Shown here piece by piece: positions 1 through 10,695 of a stretch of DNA of 57,089 bases. Made by a program: the position numbers and the translations under genes. Source of the stretch: Opitutus sp. GAS368 (GTDB lineage: Bacteria > Verrucomicrobiota > Verrucomicrobiia > Opitutales > Opitutaceae); the NCBI GenBank assembly GCA_945861645.1, contig CAMAVZ010000010.1, positions 1 through 57,089 of the forward strand, given 5' to 3'. The first letter of the stretch is position 1. Each line of letters starts with the position of its first letter. The notes under the pieces are model-generated. The model was given only the letters and a program-made list of their open reading frames with translations. It was not told where the DNA came from and made no database searches.

Positions 1-61
1 GCGGGCGGTTTAAGGAACGCGGTTCCTTGACTCTGGGCAAAGGGTGCGCCGAAATATGCCC

Positions 62-394
62 ATGCGCGCCCCCGAAATCAAAATTGAATCGATCAAGATT
101 GGCACGGGCCGGACACCGCAAAAAGGTGAAGCGGTAACAGTCCACTATACAGGGTGGTTTATGGATGGAAAAAATTTTGATAGTTCCGTCGACCGCGCGG
201 AGCCCTTTGTTTTCGTCCTCGGGGAGGGGCAAGTGATTGCCGGCTGGGATCTGGGGGTAGCTACCATGAAAATTGGCGATAAGGTAAAGCTTACCTTGCC
301 GCCTGAGCTTGCCTATGGCCGCGCGGGTTATCCGGGAGCCATTCCCCCTAACGCGACGTTGGTTTTTGACGTGGAGCTTCTCGCGATTGGCTGA
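62..394 (+). CDS. FKBP-type peptidyl-prolyl cis-trans isomerase
   Basis: VTVHYTGW...FDSS...[10 protein letters not shown]...PPELAYG...[13 protein letters not shown] motifs; ATG at 62 chosen (56 possible). Confidence 0.95.
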   Translation: MRAPEIKIESIKIGTGRTPQKGEAVTVHYTGWFMDGKNFDSSVDRAEPFVFVLGEGQVIAGWDLGVATMKIGDKVKLTLPPELAYGRAGYPGAIPPNATLVFDVELLAIG

Positions 395-421
395 GTTTTT
401 TCGCGCGGGACGCGCGGGGCA

Positions 422-1300
422 TTAGCTTACGGCGGAGACGCCGGCTAGACTAACCAGTTGCTGCAAACGGGATACGTCAGCGGCGGAGGTTTTTGCCACG
501 AAGCCGCGGGCATGAGTGAAATGGACGTCGGGGCAAACGGCTAGGCGCGTGAAATCCAATCGGGCATTGTCCTGGAAGCGAGCTAAGCCGTAGCCCGCGC
601 TACGTCGATCTGGATAGACGGTCCCCACGATCTCCGCAGTGAGACCGCGACTTTCAATAAATTGCTCAAGGCCCAGGGCGGGGTCGTCTGGCAGTGGTTC
701 GGTCCGCGGCAGGAAAAGAATTTTGGCGGAATGCCCCGCTAGCGATAAATCCCAGACAACGGCATGTTGACCAAGAAAATCTAAGCGATGCCGCATCGAT
801 TTTATGTAATCGAGTAAATCTTCACCGATCATGCGCATGACTTCCCAGAGCGGTTGGCCTGGTGCGATGCGTTGGGTTGCGGCGAAGCGGCGCAACAGGG
901 TGACATCAATCGGCGAGATCAATTGGGAGACGATTGCGGGCGCGGTACCCAACCATTGTGCGGTGGTGACCAGACCGCGGCAGTCGAACCACTCTGCGAC
1001 TTCGAGCCATTCACAAAATTGGCGGGCGTCGTGGTAAAGTTTAAGATGCTGCAAGACGAGTGATAGTGAACAGGTGGGCGGATGATCTTTGGGCAGCTGG
1101 TGATGATCGAAATTATGGCGCGCCGGCTTGTGCTGATGGCCCACATCAACGACGCAGATGGCGGGGTTAGCTAAGTCTTCCGGCGTGGGTTCGCGCCGCA
1201 CCAGTGGCACCGGGTGCAATGCCAGCAAGACGCTGCAGGCCAGGAATTCGTCCTTATGGGCGCCACCGGGATGGGTGAGAATTGTTTCAATCAGAGTCAT
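422..1300 (-). CDS. MYG1 (UPF0160) family metal-dependent hydrolase / putative exonuclease
   Basis: THPGGAHKDE, VVDVG, FDHHQ and FTHARGFV motifs characteristic of MYG1/DHH-like family. Confidence 0.8.
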   Translation of the reverse strand: MTLIETILTHPGGAHKDEFLACSVLLALHPVPLVRREPTPEDLANPAICVVDVGHQHKPARHNFDHHQLPKDHPPTCSLSLVLQHLKLYHDARQFCEWLEVAEWFDCRGLVTTAQWLGTAPAIVSQLISPIDVTLLRRFAATQRIAPGQPLWEVMRMIGEDLLDYIKSMRHRLDFLGQHAVVWDLSLAGHSAKILFLPRTEPLPDDPALGLEQFIESRGLTAEIVGTVYPDRRSAGYGLARFQDNARLDFTRLAVCPDVHFTHARGFVAKTSAADVSRLQQLVSLAGVSAVS

Positions 1301-1374
1301 TTAAATAGAGTATTATCTCAAGCGGTCGGCTTTGGTCGGTCCGCAATTTTGTTGGGGTGTCTGGTTGGTTTCAC

Positions 1375-2661
1375 TCAATGCCGTCCGCCGGTGTGCCAGT
1401 GTCCACCGGGTTTGCCTTTCGGATGATACGCGGGGGCCCCTTGACTGCTGCTACCGCCGCGGGAAGTCCGGCGGCCACCACCGCCGAAGCGGCGCCCGCG
1501 GGATTCATTTTCGCCGGCGAAGGCGGCGGGCGGAATCGCTTTATAATCGAAGCCTTCGAGTTGAAGTTGTGGAATGGTGGCTTTGATGAAGCGCTCAATG
1601 GCGCGGACTTCGCCGGCTTCTTGTGGGGTAACGAGGGTGAAGGCATCGCCGACCGCGGCGGCTCGACCGGTGCGACCGATGCGATGTACGTAATCATCGG
1701 GAGTCATCGGGATATCGTAATTAATTACGTGAGAAATATCGGCGACATCGATGCCGCGAGCGGCGATATCGGTGGCGACCATGACCTCGTATTGGCCATC
1801 TTTGAAACCCTGCAAAGCAGCGGTGCGCTGGGCTTGGCTGCGATTGCCGTGGAGCACGGCGACCGTGTGCTGAGCTTCCTTGAGGCGCAGGGCGATTTTG
1901 TCGGCGCCGTGTTTCGTGCGGGTAAAAACCAAGACGCTGTGAAAATCGGTTTTCTCGAGCAGCGCTAAGAGCAGTTTAAATTTCAGCCCTTGGCTGACGG
2001 GATAGATGGCGTGGGTGATGGATTCATTGACGGAGCGCGCGCGACCGATCGCGATGCGCTCGGGATTAGTGAGCGCAAAGCGGGCGATCGCTTCAATTTC
2101 TGGCGGCACGGTGGCGGAAAAGAACAGCGTCTGCCGTTTGCGTGGCGACAAATTGACGATTTTTTTAACGTCATTGATGAAGCCCATATCCAGCATGCGG
2201 TCTACTTCATCGAGAACGAGGACTTCCAGATGATCTAAGCGGAGCGCCCGTTCTTGAAGGAAATCCATTAATCGTCCCACGGTGGCGACAACGATATCAC
2301 TGCCGGTGTGGAGTGCTTTGCGTTGAGCTCCATAGCCGACCCCACCGTGGATGAGAGCGGTCCGTAGGCCCGTGAATTGACCGAATTCGCGAAAGGCCTC
2401 GTCAACTTGGGCGGCGAGTTCGCGGGTCGGTTCGAGGACCAAGACGCGCGGAGAGGGATTTTTGTGCCCGCCGAGGCGGTTTAAAATTGGCAAGGCAAAG
2501 GCGGCGGTTTTTCCGGTGCCAGTTTGGGCGGAGGCGATGAGGTCGCGGCCACTGAGGACCACGGGGATCGCCTGTTGCTGAATGGGAGTGGGTTCGCCGT
2601 AGCCTTTGGCGGCGACGGCGCGGACGATACTAGAAAATAGCCCGAGTTTGGTGAACGGCAT
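1375..2661 (-). CDS. DEAD-box ATP-dependent RNA helicase (RhlE-like)
   Basis: Q motif PTPIQ, AQTGTGKT, PTRELA, DEVD, SAT, HRIGRTGR; Gly/Arg-rich C-tail. Confidence 0.95.
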   Translation of the reverse strand: MPFTKLGLFSSIVRAVAAKGYGEPTPIQQQAIPVVLSGRDLIASAQTGTGKTAAFALPILNRLGGHKNPSPRVLVLEPTRELAAQVDEAFREFGQFTGLRTALIHGGVGYGAQRKALHTGSDIVVATVGRLMDFLQERALRLDHLEVLVLDEVDRMLDMGFINDVKKIVNLSPRKRQTLFFSATVPPEIEAIARFALTNPERIAIGRARSVNESITHAIYPVSQGLKFKLLLALLEKTDFHSVLVFTRTKHGADKIALRLKEAQHTVAVLHGNRSQAQRTAALQGFKDGQYEVMVATDIAARGIDVADISHVINYDIPMTPDDYVHRIGRTGRAAAVGDAFTLVTPQEAGEVRAIERFIKATIPQLQLEGFDYKAIPPAAFAGENESRGRRFGGGGRRTSRGGSSSQGAPAYHPKGKPGGHWHTGGRH

Positions 2662-2725
2662 GGGGCGAATGCCGCGGTGAAATTGGTTAAAAGCGAGTGC
2701 AAAAAAAGCCGATTGGTTGGTCGAG

Positions 2726-3421
2726 ATGAACCTCGTCTTTGCTGATCCAGCTGGGCAGTGTTTGGGAATGCCCCATAACCCCCATGCGAATTTCGACCAA
2801 ACTGTTCTTGAGCTGATTGAGCACAGTCCGGTGGGGGCAGTGCCGGTAACCCCAGCCTATCAGGATGCTATCAGGCGACTTTACGTGGCCAACCGAGCCT
2901 ATGCGGACGCCGATCATAAAGACGGTCATGTGACGGCCCGCTCTTTGGCCAAGCTGCCGTTGTTTCATGCGAATAATTTGATCGAGCTAGTCGCCAGCCA
3001 AATCGCGCCGGAGGCCTTGGAAGCCAATGGCAGCATTTTCGATCGTTATATCCAATCATTGCCGGCGGCACGTCGCGCTAAAGCGGAGAGTTATCGTCTG
3101 ACGGTAGCTGGGCGCGTCGCGCATCATCGGGCGAAGCACGGGGTCGCGGCCGCACATGATCCGGTGCACACTTTAATTCTCGTTCCCGGCACGGGCCCGC
3201 ATCCTGGTTTGCCAGGAAATTATCTCTATGGCTCGGCTTTTCAGGTTGGGGCCGATGCCGCGAGCAGTCCGTGGGCACTTTATTTACACGATAGTGATGA
3301 TGGCGCTGCCCGCTTTGATGCGGCCACGATGGCGGAGGTGCTCGCCAAATTGCAGGAGGTCCTAGAAAGTGCGCCCTTTAATATGAACGAGCTCGAGACC
3401 TTGGGCTTTCGGCTTAATTAG
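2726..3421 (+). CDS. hypothetical protein
   Basis: about 231-aa ORF filling the gap between helicase and next gene; no recognised motif; start uncertain. Confidence 0.7.
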   Translation: MNLVFADPAGQCLGMPHNPHANFDQTVLELIEHSPVGAVPVTPAYQDAIRRLYVANRAYADADHKDGHVTARSLAKLPLFHANNLIELVASQIAPEALEANGSIFDRYIQSLPAARRAKAESYRLTVAGRVAHHRAKHGVAAAHDPVHTLILVPGTGPHPGLPGNYLYGSAFQVGADAASSPWALYLHDSDDGAARFDAATMAEVLAKLQEVLESAPFNMNELETLGFRLN

Positions 3422-3798
3422 TTAGCGATTAGCTCAACGTTAGGAACGGGCTCTGCGCTGAGCGTGAGGGGAACTGAGGGGTGGCCATCAATGGCCAGGG
3501 CTTCAGGCACAGGTTTCTTCGTGCGGTGGCCTGGCTTGACCATGATTTCCACATAAACGCTAATGGTCCCTTCGATTTGGGCGGCCGCTTCGATCGCGGG
3601 AATGAGTTCGGCCCAGTGCAAGGCCGTCGGCGGCGCTTGATCCAAGCCGAGTTGGCAGTCGAAGTCCCAAAAATCTACCCCGGTGGGCAAGGCTTTGCGC
3701 CGTTCCCGCTTAACATATTTGCGCACGTCTTGTTTGATCGCCTCAAGGACGCGGGCATCGGCTTTCGAGGGGTCTTTAAGTGGGAAGGTTTTCTTCAT
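3418..3798 (-). CDS. DUF6172-like conserved hypothetical protein
   Basis: MKKTF...IKQDVRKYVKRERRKALP..VDFWDFDC...VYVEI..KPG pattern recalled from this family. Confidence 0.7.
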   Translation of the reverse strand: MKKTFPLKDPSKADARVLEAIKQDVRKYVKRERRKALPTGVDFWDFDCQLGLDQAPPTALHWAELIPAIEAAAQIEGTISVYVEIMVKPGHRTKKPVPEALAIDGHPSVPLTLSAEPVPNVELIAN

Positions 3799-3861
3799 GG
3801 CTGACCTCGTATGAGCGAAGCCAGTCGGGGAGGGGAGGAAATTCGGCGAATAATTATCCCA

Positions 3862-3899
3862 GTAAAGCAGAAGGGCCGTCTCATCAGAAACGGCCCTTC
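3862..3899 (-). terminator. GC-rich hairpin, probable intrinsic terminator on minus strand
   Basis: GAAGGGCCGT (3870-3879) is the exact reverse complement of ACGGCCCTTC (3890-3899); minus-strand tail TGCTTTAC is only a weak U-tract. Confidence 0.65.
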
Positions 3900-3940
3900 A
3901 CCCTAACACACACTAACCTAACCCTAACTACACGACGAGA
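3862..3940 (-). ncRNA. candidate GU-rich small RNA
   Basis: minus strand reads UCGUCGUGUAGUUAGGGUUAGGUUAGUGUGUGUUAGGGU directly followed by the hairpin; intergenic, no ORF. Confidence 0.45.
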
Positions 3941-4044
3941 GACGTAATAACCGGAATAGCGTTGAACCCCCAACAGGCGATTTTGGCTGGTTTACCTAAT
4001 TGTCACAATGGGAGCGGCTTGCGATCACCTGAAGCGAATGGTTA

Positions 4045-5583
4045 TTAGTAAAAAACATTTCGATCGAGGCTGCGGTATTGAATCGCTTCGAGGAGGTGCG
4101 GTGAATCGATCTGCTCGACGCCGGCAAGATCTGCGATGGTGCGGGCAACTTTGATAATCCGATCGTAAGCTCGCGCGGAGAGGGAGAGTTGTTCCATCGC
4201 CTGTTGAAGCAGGTCGCCCAATTTTGGTTCGAGCGCGCAGAACTTTTTCAATTGAGCTGTGGGCATCCGCGCATTGGCGTTGATGCGGGCGCCTTGGAAG
4301 CGTTGGCGTTGGCGTTGCCGAGCGAGTTCCACGCGGGCTCGAATCGCCGCGGAATTTTCCCCAGGCTGATCGTTGCGCAATTCGGCGATCGAGAGCGCGG
4401 GGGCCTCGATGTGCAGATCGATGCGGTCGAGCAACGGACCGCTGATGCGGGCGCGGTAGCGTTGAATTTGGGCGGGGGCACAGCGGCATTCGTGCTTCGG
4501 GTCGCCGAGGTAGCCGCAGGGGCAGGGGTTCATCGCGGCCACGAGCATGAAGTGGCAGGGCAGGGTGATCTTGCCGGCGCTGCGGGAAATGGTCACGTGG
4601 CCGTCTTCTAGTGGTTGGCGCAGGACCTCGAGCGCAGAGCGTTTAAACTCGGGAAGTTCGTCGAGAAATAGAATGCCATGATGGGCGAGGGAAATTTCGC
4701 CGGGACCGGGAATAGCCCCGCCCCCCAGGAGCCCTACATCGGAGATGGTGTGGTGGGGGGCGCGGGCTGGACGCTGGAGGAAGGGGACGCTGCCTTGGAT
4801 CGTTTGGCCCGCGGCGGAATGAATGCGCAGAATATCTAAGTACTCATCCAAGGTCGGTGCCGGCATGATTCCTGGGATACGTTTTGCGATCATGGACTTC
4901 CCCGAGCCTGGCGGCCCTATCATGATGAGATTATGACCACCGGCGACCGCAACCTCGACGGCGCGGCGCACCGCATGCTGCCCCTTAATATCGGCGAAAT
5001 CCGGTTCATGGTCGCTGCGGGTAGTCGTGGGTGTCGCCGATTGCGGGGCTGCCAGAGGCACCAACTTAAGCAGACCACCGAGAAAACGATGAGCCTGATC
5101 GAGGGAAGTTATTTGGTAGACGTCGATTCCTTTGACGAGGGCAGCTTCTTGGGCGGCGCCAGGCGGTAGCAGGATAGCCTGTTTGCCTTGATCGCGGGCG
5201 AGCACGGCCATGGCGAGGCCACCCTTGATCGGGCGAGTAGCGCCCGAGAGGCTCAGTTCACTCGCAATGAGAAAATCGGGAAGATTTTCACAGACTAATT
5301 GGGCGGTGGCGACGAGAATGCCTAGTGCGATGGGCAGGTCGTAGATCGCGCCCTCTTTGCGCAAATCACCGGGCGCAAGGTTGATTGTGGTTCGTGTGCG
5401 TGGCATGCGGAGTCCAGAGTTGCTGAGCGCAGAGAATACGCGGTCTTCGGATTCTTTAACGGCAGCGTCGGGTAAGCCGACGAGAATTAAATTAGGCACG
5501 CCGCTTTCACCCGTGTTGACTTCAACTTGGACCGGGACGGCGTCGATGCCCAGCAATGCTGCTGAGCAGATGGTCGCTAACAT
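4045..5583 (-). CDS. comM: YifB/ComM family Mg-chelatase-like AAA+ ATPase
   Basis: [66 protein letters not shown]. Confidence 0.92.
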   Translation of the reverse strand: MLATICSAALLGIDAVPVQVEVNTGESGVPNLILVGLPDAAVKESEDRVFSALSNSGLRMPRTRTTINLAPGDLRKEGAIYDLPIALGILVATAQLVCENLPDFLIASELSLSGATRPIKGGLAMAVLARDQGKQAILLPPGAAQEAALVKGIDVYQITSLDQAHRFLGGLLKLVPLAAPQSATPTTTRSDHEPDFADIKGQHAVRRAVEVAVAGGHNLIMIGPPGSGKSMIAKRIPGIMPAPTLDEYLDILRIHSAAGQTIQGSVPFLQRPARAPHHTISDVGLLGGGAIPGPGEISLAHHGILFLDELPEFKRSALEVLRQPLEDGHVTISRSAGKITLPCHFMLVAAMNPCPCGYLGDPKHECRCAPAQIQRYRARISGPLLDRIDLHIEAPALSIAELRNDQPGENSAAIRARVELARQRQRQRFQGARINANARMPTAQLKKFCALEPKLGDLLQQAMEQLSLSARAYDRIIKVARTIADLAGVEQIDSPHLLEAIQYRSLDRNVFY

Positions 5584-5603
5584 AGGGCAGAAAACTGAAG
5601 AGA

Positions 5604-6464
5604 TTATTTACGCCCCGCACTCAGCTGTAAGCGTCGACTCACTTCGGCAACATTGGCTTCGACCGCCTGCAGATAGAGATTGGGTTGGCCCGCTGTCGTT
5701 AAGTAGCGATGAACGCCCCTTGCGTCTCTGTCCAGCAAAGGTCTTACGTAATTTTCCCAAAAATCTGGAGTACCGGCAAATAATTCATCAAGTTGTCGAT
5801 AATTGCGATCGGCCGGAGCAACCTGCTCAAAATCATAAGCTTCTTGAAATTCGAGAAAAAGAATGGGCAATTTATCGAGGTAATCGGCCGCACTCATTTG
5901 GGCGAGACAGTCCGCCGTGACGAGGAAGCTGGCCAGTAACCGCGCTTCTTCGCGCGGGAAAATATTTTGCCTGAGTTTACTTTGAGGCCCGGTGCAGATG
6001 ATGGCTGAGCAAATATCATCTATTTCTGCGGGCATGACTCCTAGGTCAGGCAGGTAGTTACGAACGAAGTCGCCGCCGCGAAGCTCGTGGGTGAGGGTGT
6101 ATTTTGCACCGGTACCGATTCGATCATCAGTCGTTTTAAGGTAGCCGCTATCATGTAATAGCACGGCCATCAGGGCCAATTCCCAGTCGCGGATCGTTAA
6201 CCGTGGCTGGTCGCCCGCGTTATGATGACCTTCTAATAATTTAATCAGACATACGGTGACCGCCAGCGTATGTTCATAATCGTGATAAAGCATATCGCTG
6301 GCCTGATAACCAGGGTGACCGCCAGCAAACATGGCAGTGACATCGCTAAATAATCGAGTGATCAGCGGCGCGCTATTCTGCGCGCCGATCTTATTAAAAG
6401 CCCCTTGCACAAAACTGCCTATGGCGGCTGGATTTTTGGTGTCGATGGCGAGAGGCAAACTCAT
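5604..6464 (-). CDS. HD-domain metal-dependent phosphohydrolase
   Basis: [17 protein letters not shown] and TAD motifs; ATG 6464 preferred because the longer ORF overlaps coaE. Confidence 0.75.
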   Translation of the reverse strand: MSLPLAIDTKNPAAIGSFVQGAFNKIGAQNSAPLITRLFSDVTAMFAGGHPGYQASDMLYHDYEHTLAVTVCLIKLLEGHHNAGDQPRLTIRDWELALMAVLLHDSGYLKTTDDRIGTGAKYTLTHELRGGDFVRNYLPDLGVMPAEIDDICSAIICTGPQSKLRQNIFPREEARLLASFLVTADCLAQMSAADYLDKLPILFLEFQEAYDFEQVAPADRNYRQLDELFAGTPDFWENYVRPLLDRDARGVHRYLTTAGQPNLYLQAVEANVAEVSRRLQLSAGRK

Positions 6465-6527
6465 TACAATAATACTAGATAGGAATTGAACCCTAGGCGG
6501 CAAGCCGATTGTCTGCGTCCGAAAAGA

Positions 6528-7169
6528 ATGTGGAGCAGCACAAATACGATTGTTGGTCTGACTGGCGGGATGGGGTGCGGAAAATCGACCGCCGCGGCAT
6601 TTTTTGCTGAACTCGGTTTCCGCCGCCTCGATGCTGATCAGGTTATCCGGGAGCATTTATTGCCGGACCGAGCCATCGTGCAGGCTATTGCGAAGCAATT
6701 TGGTTCGACGATATTGGATGAAGCGGGGCAAGTGCGCCGTGCTCGATTGGCGGAGGTGGTGTTTAATGATGCGGCGGCTCTGGCGTGGCTCGAGGAACTG
6801 CTCCATCCATTGTTACTAGCCTACTGGCGGAAGATTTTTGAGCAAAGCCACGACGAAGCTTTCATTGTGGAGGTTCCGTTACTCTTTGAAAAAGGCCTAG
6901 AGAATTGGTTTGATTTCATCATCTGCGTCACCACAGACTCCGCTTCGCAATTGAGACGGCTGGAGCAGAAGGGCATCCCCCTGGAACTCGCCCGTCAGCG
7001 CTTAGACAAACAACTGCCACTAGCCCGAAAGTGCGAGCTGGCAGACTTTGTTCTCCTTAATGACGGCACTACCGAATTTTTGCGTGAACAAGTCGAGGCG
7101 TTGGCCGACCGTCTTTTGAAAATCCCAACCGATCGGCCCGCCGGCCGCCCTCATGCAAGTCCCTCCTAA
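6528..7169 (+). CDS. coaE: dephospho-CoA kinase
   Basis: IVGLTGGMGCGKS, DADQ, LEELLHP, VEVPLLFE, ADFVLLND. Confidence 0.93.
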   Translation: MWSSTNTIVGLTGGMGCGKSTAAAFFAELGFRRLDADQVIREHLLPDRAIVQAIAKQFGSTILDEAGQVRRARLAEVVFNDAAALAWLEELLHPLLLAYWRKIFEQSHDEAFIVEVPLLFEKGLENWFDFIICVTTDSASQLRRLEQKGIPLELARQRLDKQLPLARKCELADFVLLNDGTTEFLREQVEALADRLLKIPTDRPAGRPHASPS

Positions 7170-8994
7170 ATCCGACGACGAAAGTTCCACCTCAGCTGAT
7201 GCTCCCCAGAGTGATTCAGCCAAAAGTAAGCGCCCAGTGCGCTCTCGGCTTTACCGCACTACTAAAAAAGTGGTGAAAATTCCCGCGGCCAAGGGCGAGT
7301 CCCGCGCGGCGAAACCAGGCTCCGCGGCCAAGACAATGCTAGAGTCTCCGGTCGCGTCCGCACCCGAGGTTGCCATCATGCGGGAAATCGCGCCCGCGCC
7401 GGTACCCGTTGCGCGCGCCGAACCCGTCAGTCACAGTCCCACCCCGACGATGCCCATGGATGCGTCTGCCCCCGCTGGGCACGACAACTACGGGGAAGGT
7501 CAGGGTGGTCACTATCAGCAGCCAGGTGGCGGCAAATTTGGCCGTCGCGGCCGCGGTGGAAAACAATTTCGCGGGGGCGGCAAGTGGGGGAACCCTAATT
7601 TTCAGCCGGCACCTAAATATCCGCCGCAGTCTGCACCGCCCCCAGAAGTCGTTCATTATGGCGACCTCCCAGATCCCGCCCGCTTCCAGAGCCTCGTGGC
7701 TGTGGCGCAACTCGCCGAGGAAATTTCTAGCCGCCAGGCGGACCCGATCTGGCTGAATGAGCTCTATGGGCTCAACTTAGCTGAGCTGACGGCCTTTGCC
7801 AAAAAAATGGAGATCCAGTTTGAGGGCGCACCCAATCGCCGTCAGCTGATTACGCAGATTTTTGCTGCTACGATTGAGCAAAAGCATCCGCTGTATGATC
7901 GTGGTTATATCGATATGAATGATCGCGGCAGCTTCGTCGTGCACGAAGATGTTAACTATCGTCTCTATCCGGAGGACGCCTATCTCCCCGAGATTTTTGT
8001 GCGTGAGTTTGGGTTAAAGCGTGGCCACGCCGTGGAAGTTCAACTGCAAGCGCCACAAGGAAACGATCGTTGTCCGGCGGTGGTCGCCATTCGCAGTGTG
8101 ATGGGCGTCAAGCCCGCGGACATTGCAAAAATTCAGCCGTTTGAAGAACTCACGCCGTATTATCCTCTCAAGCGCATTATGCTAGAGCAGGAAGGGGCCA
8201 AAGATGTTTCGATGCGAATGGTAGATATCGTTACTCCAGTTGGCTTCGGCCAACGTGGCCTCATTGTCGCGCCCCCGCGGACAGGTAAGACCATCCTAAT
8301 GCAGAATATGGCCAACTCGATTGCGGCGAATTCGCCTGAAACGAAGTTGATTATTTTACTGGTCGATGAACGGCCCGAAGAAGTCACTGACTTCAAACGT
8401 CACTGCAAAGGCGAGATCGTGAGTTCAACCTTTGATGAGACACCTGAAAGCCACGTGCATTGCGCTGAAATGGTGATTGAAAAGGCTCGACGCCTAGTGG
8501 AGCAGGGCGAGCAAGTGGTCATCTTGCTTGATTCCATTACACGTCTCGCGCGCGCTTACAACGCCCTCGCGGGGAATAGTGGGAAAATTATGTCCGGTGG
8601 TTTGGAGGCCAACGCTCTGCAAAAACCCAAGCGTTTTTTTGGTTCAGCACGTAATATTGAAGGCGCGGGTAGTTTGACGATTCTCGGCACCGCTTTGGTC
8701 GATACCGGCAGTCGCATGGATGAAATTATCTTCGAGGAATTCAAAGGCACTGGTAACATGGAGCTCCATCTCGACCGTGATTTGGTCAACAAGCGTATTT
8801 TCCCCGCCATTAATATTGATAAGAGTGGGACGCGCAAAGAAGAGCTGATCTATCACCCTGAGGAATTGCTGCGCGTTTACGCGTTGCGGCGCGCGATGCA
8901 GGGGGTTCCTGCCGCTGACTCATTGGATATGTTGATTCAGCGTTTGAAAAAAACTAAGACCAATGCGGAATTTTTGATGAGCCTAAATCGTTAA
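7153..8994 (+). CDS. rho: transcription termination factor Rho with long disordered N-terminal extension
   Basis: [59 protein letters not shown]. Confidence 0.95.
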   Translation: MQVPPKSDDESSTSADAPQSDSAKSKRPVRSRLYRTTKKVVKIPAAKGESRAAKPGSAAKTMLESPVASAPEVAIMREIAPAPVPVARAEPVSHSPTPTMPMDASAPAGHDNYGEGQGGHYQQPGGGKFGRRGRGGKQFRGGGKWGNPNFQPAPKYPPQSAPPPEVVHYGDLPDPARFQSLVAVAQLAEEISSRQADPIWLNELYGLNLAELTAFAKKMEIQFEGAPNRRQLITQIFAATIEQKHPLYDRGYIDMNDRGSFVVHEDVNYRLYPEDAYLPEIFVREFGLKRGHAVEVQLQAPQGNDRCPAVVAIRSVMGVKPADIAKIQPFEELTPYYPLKRIMLEQEGAKDVSMRMVDIVTPVGFGQRGLIVAPPRTGKTILMQNMANSIAANSPETKLIILLVDERPEEVTDFKRHCKGEIVSSTFDETPESHVHCAEMVIEKARRLVEQGEQVVILLDSITRLARAYNALAGNSGKIMSGGLEANALQKPKRFFGSARNIEGAGSLTILGTALVDTGSRMDEIIFEEFKGTGNMELHLDRDLVNKRIFPAINIDKSGTRKEELIYHPEELLRVYALRRAMQGVPAADSLDMLIQRLKKTKTNAEFLMSLNR

Positions 8995-9012
8995 AACTCG
9001 TCGCTAGAATTT

Positions 9013-10671
9013 GTGATTACGGCCGACGACTCTGGGATACAAAACGGCTCCCGGGCGGAGCTTTTGCATCCAGCGCGCTTGCCCGTTAGCTCAGGCGAGA
9101 GTGGGCTTGGGGAAGTGGCCCGCCATTCGCCTGTCGTTGAAAACGATGGCCTGCCTTCTATCCTGCTGGCGGGATTGAAAATTTCGGCCGAGGTACTGGC
9201 GGCGCTGCCCCGCTCATTTGTCCTGGAACACCATGTCATGCCCTTTGCACAAGCTCAGGGGCGCTTGCGGGTCGCAGTCTCTGATCCGCTGGCTCTCGAT
9301 ATTATTGATGGGCTCAACTATGTGGCAGGGCGGCCGGTTCAGGTAGAACTTGCTTCATCGGCTGATATTCGCGCGGCCATCGCCTTTTATTATAGCGCGG
9401 CGCCTGATTTACGAGCGAGTCACCGGGCCCTTCGTTCATCGGTTGAGCCACGGGCCCAGCCGATTCCCGCAGCCGCTGCAGTCGCGGATGCCGCGCCGCA
9501 AGAGGCTCCCCTGATCCGCCTCGTCCATGATATTATTACGGCAGCGATTCGCCGTCGGGCCTCAGATATTCATCTCGAGCCGCTCGCGTCGCGCTTGCGG
9601 GTGCGTTATCGGATTGATGGCGTGCTGCAAGAGGTGGCGGCCCCACCAAAGCAATTTGAATTGGCTCTGCTATCACGGGTTAAAATTATGGCGAATCTCA
9701 GTATCGCCGAGAAGCGCTTGCCCCAGGATGGGCGCATGCGATTTGTCGCTGCTGGGCGTTCGCTCGACCTGCGGGTTTCCTCCCTGCCAACCGCGCATGG
9801 CGAGAGTATGGTTCTCCGAATACTCGATCCAGCCAGCCTACCATTGGGTCTGCCTGAGTTGGGTTTTGCGCCAGATGATCAGCGCGCCTTTGCGCAACTG
9901 CTGCAGTCGCCCGATGGTATTGTGTTGGTAACCGGGCCGACGGGTTCGGGGAAGACGACGAGTCTCTACGCGGCGCTCCACCACCTAAATCGGTCTGATC
10001 GAAAAATTATTACGGTGGAGGATCCCGTGGAGTATCAGTTGTCCGGAGTTAATCAGGTGCCGGTCAATCCGGACATTGGGATGACCTTTGCGGCGGCGCT
10101 GCGTGCCCTGTTACGGCAAGCGCCGAATATCGTGATGGTGGGGGAAATTCGGGATCGGGAGACTGCCGAAATTGCGCTTAACGCCGCCCTCACGGGTCAT
10201 CTGGTTTTTAGTACTTTGCACACGAATGATGCCCCCTCAGCAGTGACCCGGCTACTCGACATCGGGGCGAAGCCTTTTCTGATCGCGGCGGCGCTCCGCG
10301 CTGTCCTAGGGCAGCGGCTCGTCCGGCGCATTTGTCGGGATTGCCGTCGTGTCTATATGCCATCACCGCGCGAAATTTACGCGCTCGAATTAACCCCGCC
10401 GCAGTTGGCCACGGCTGAATTCGCTTGCGGGGTGGGTTGTGCAACCTGCGCCGGCACCGGTTATTACGGCCGTCTCGGGATTTTTGAGCTCTGCCAAATA
10501 GACGATAACCTGCGCGCGCTCATTTATGCTAAGGCCCCCGCACTTCGTCTCCGGCAGCAGGCGCGGCGGGCCGGCCTGCGCTCGATGCGCGAAGATGGTG
10601 TGCGTAAAGTGCTCGCCGGCTTGACAACAATCGAAGAGATTCTTGCCGTAACGTCGAGTGACCCGCTTTAA
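9013..10671 (+). CDS. GspE/PilB family secretion/pilus assembly ATPase
   Basis: [60 protein letters not shown], CxxC pairs; start uncertain. Confidence 0.92.
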   Translation: MITADDSGIQNGSRAELLHPARLPVSSGESGLGEVARHSPVVENDGLPSILLAGLKISAEVLAALPRSFVLEHHVMPFAQAQGRLRVAVSDPLALDIIDGLNYVAGRPVQVELASSADIRAAIAFYYSAAPDLRASHRALRSSVEPRAQPIPAAAAVADAAPQEAPLIRLVHDIITAAIRRRASDIHLEPLASRLRVRYRIDGVLQEVAAPPKQFELALLSRVKIMANLSIAEKRLPQDGRMRFVAAGRSLDLRVSSLPTAHGESMVLRILDPASLPLGLPELGFAPDDQRAFAQLLQSPDGIVLVTGPTGSGKTTSLYAALHHLNRSDRKIITVEDPVEYQLSGVNQVPVNPDIGMTFAAALRALLRQAPNIVMVGEIRDRETAEIALNAALTGHLVFSTLHTNDAPSAVTRLLDIGAKPFLIAAALRAVLGQRLVRRICRDCRRVYMPSPREIYALELTPPQLATAEFACGVGCATCAGTGYYGRLGIFELCQIDDNLRALIYAKAPALRLRQQARRAGLRSMREDGVRKVLAGLTTIEEILAVTSSDPL

Positions 10672-10695
10672 TTACGCATCAACCCCCACTTGAGT

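Noticed and set aside
1357-1968. 203-aa plus-strand ORF
   Set aside because: Antisense shadow of the DEAD-box helicase; no independent motifs
3900-3930. CCCTAA/TTAGGG repeats read as telomeric or eukaryotic contamination
   Set aside because: Only two perfect units, embedded in continuous bacterial gene context; better explained as a GU-rich RNA seed
6465-6656. N-terminal extension of the HD-domain ORF
   Set aside because: Overlaps coaE on the opposite strand; ATG at 6464 gives a coherent protein
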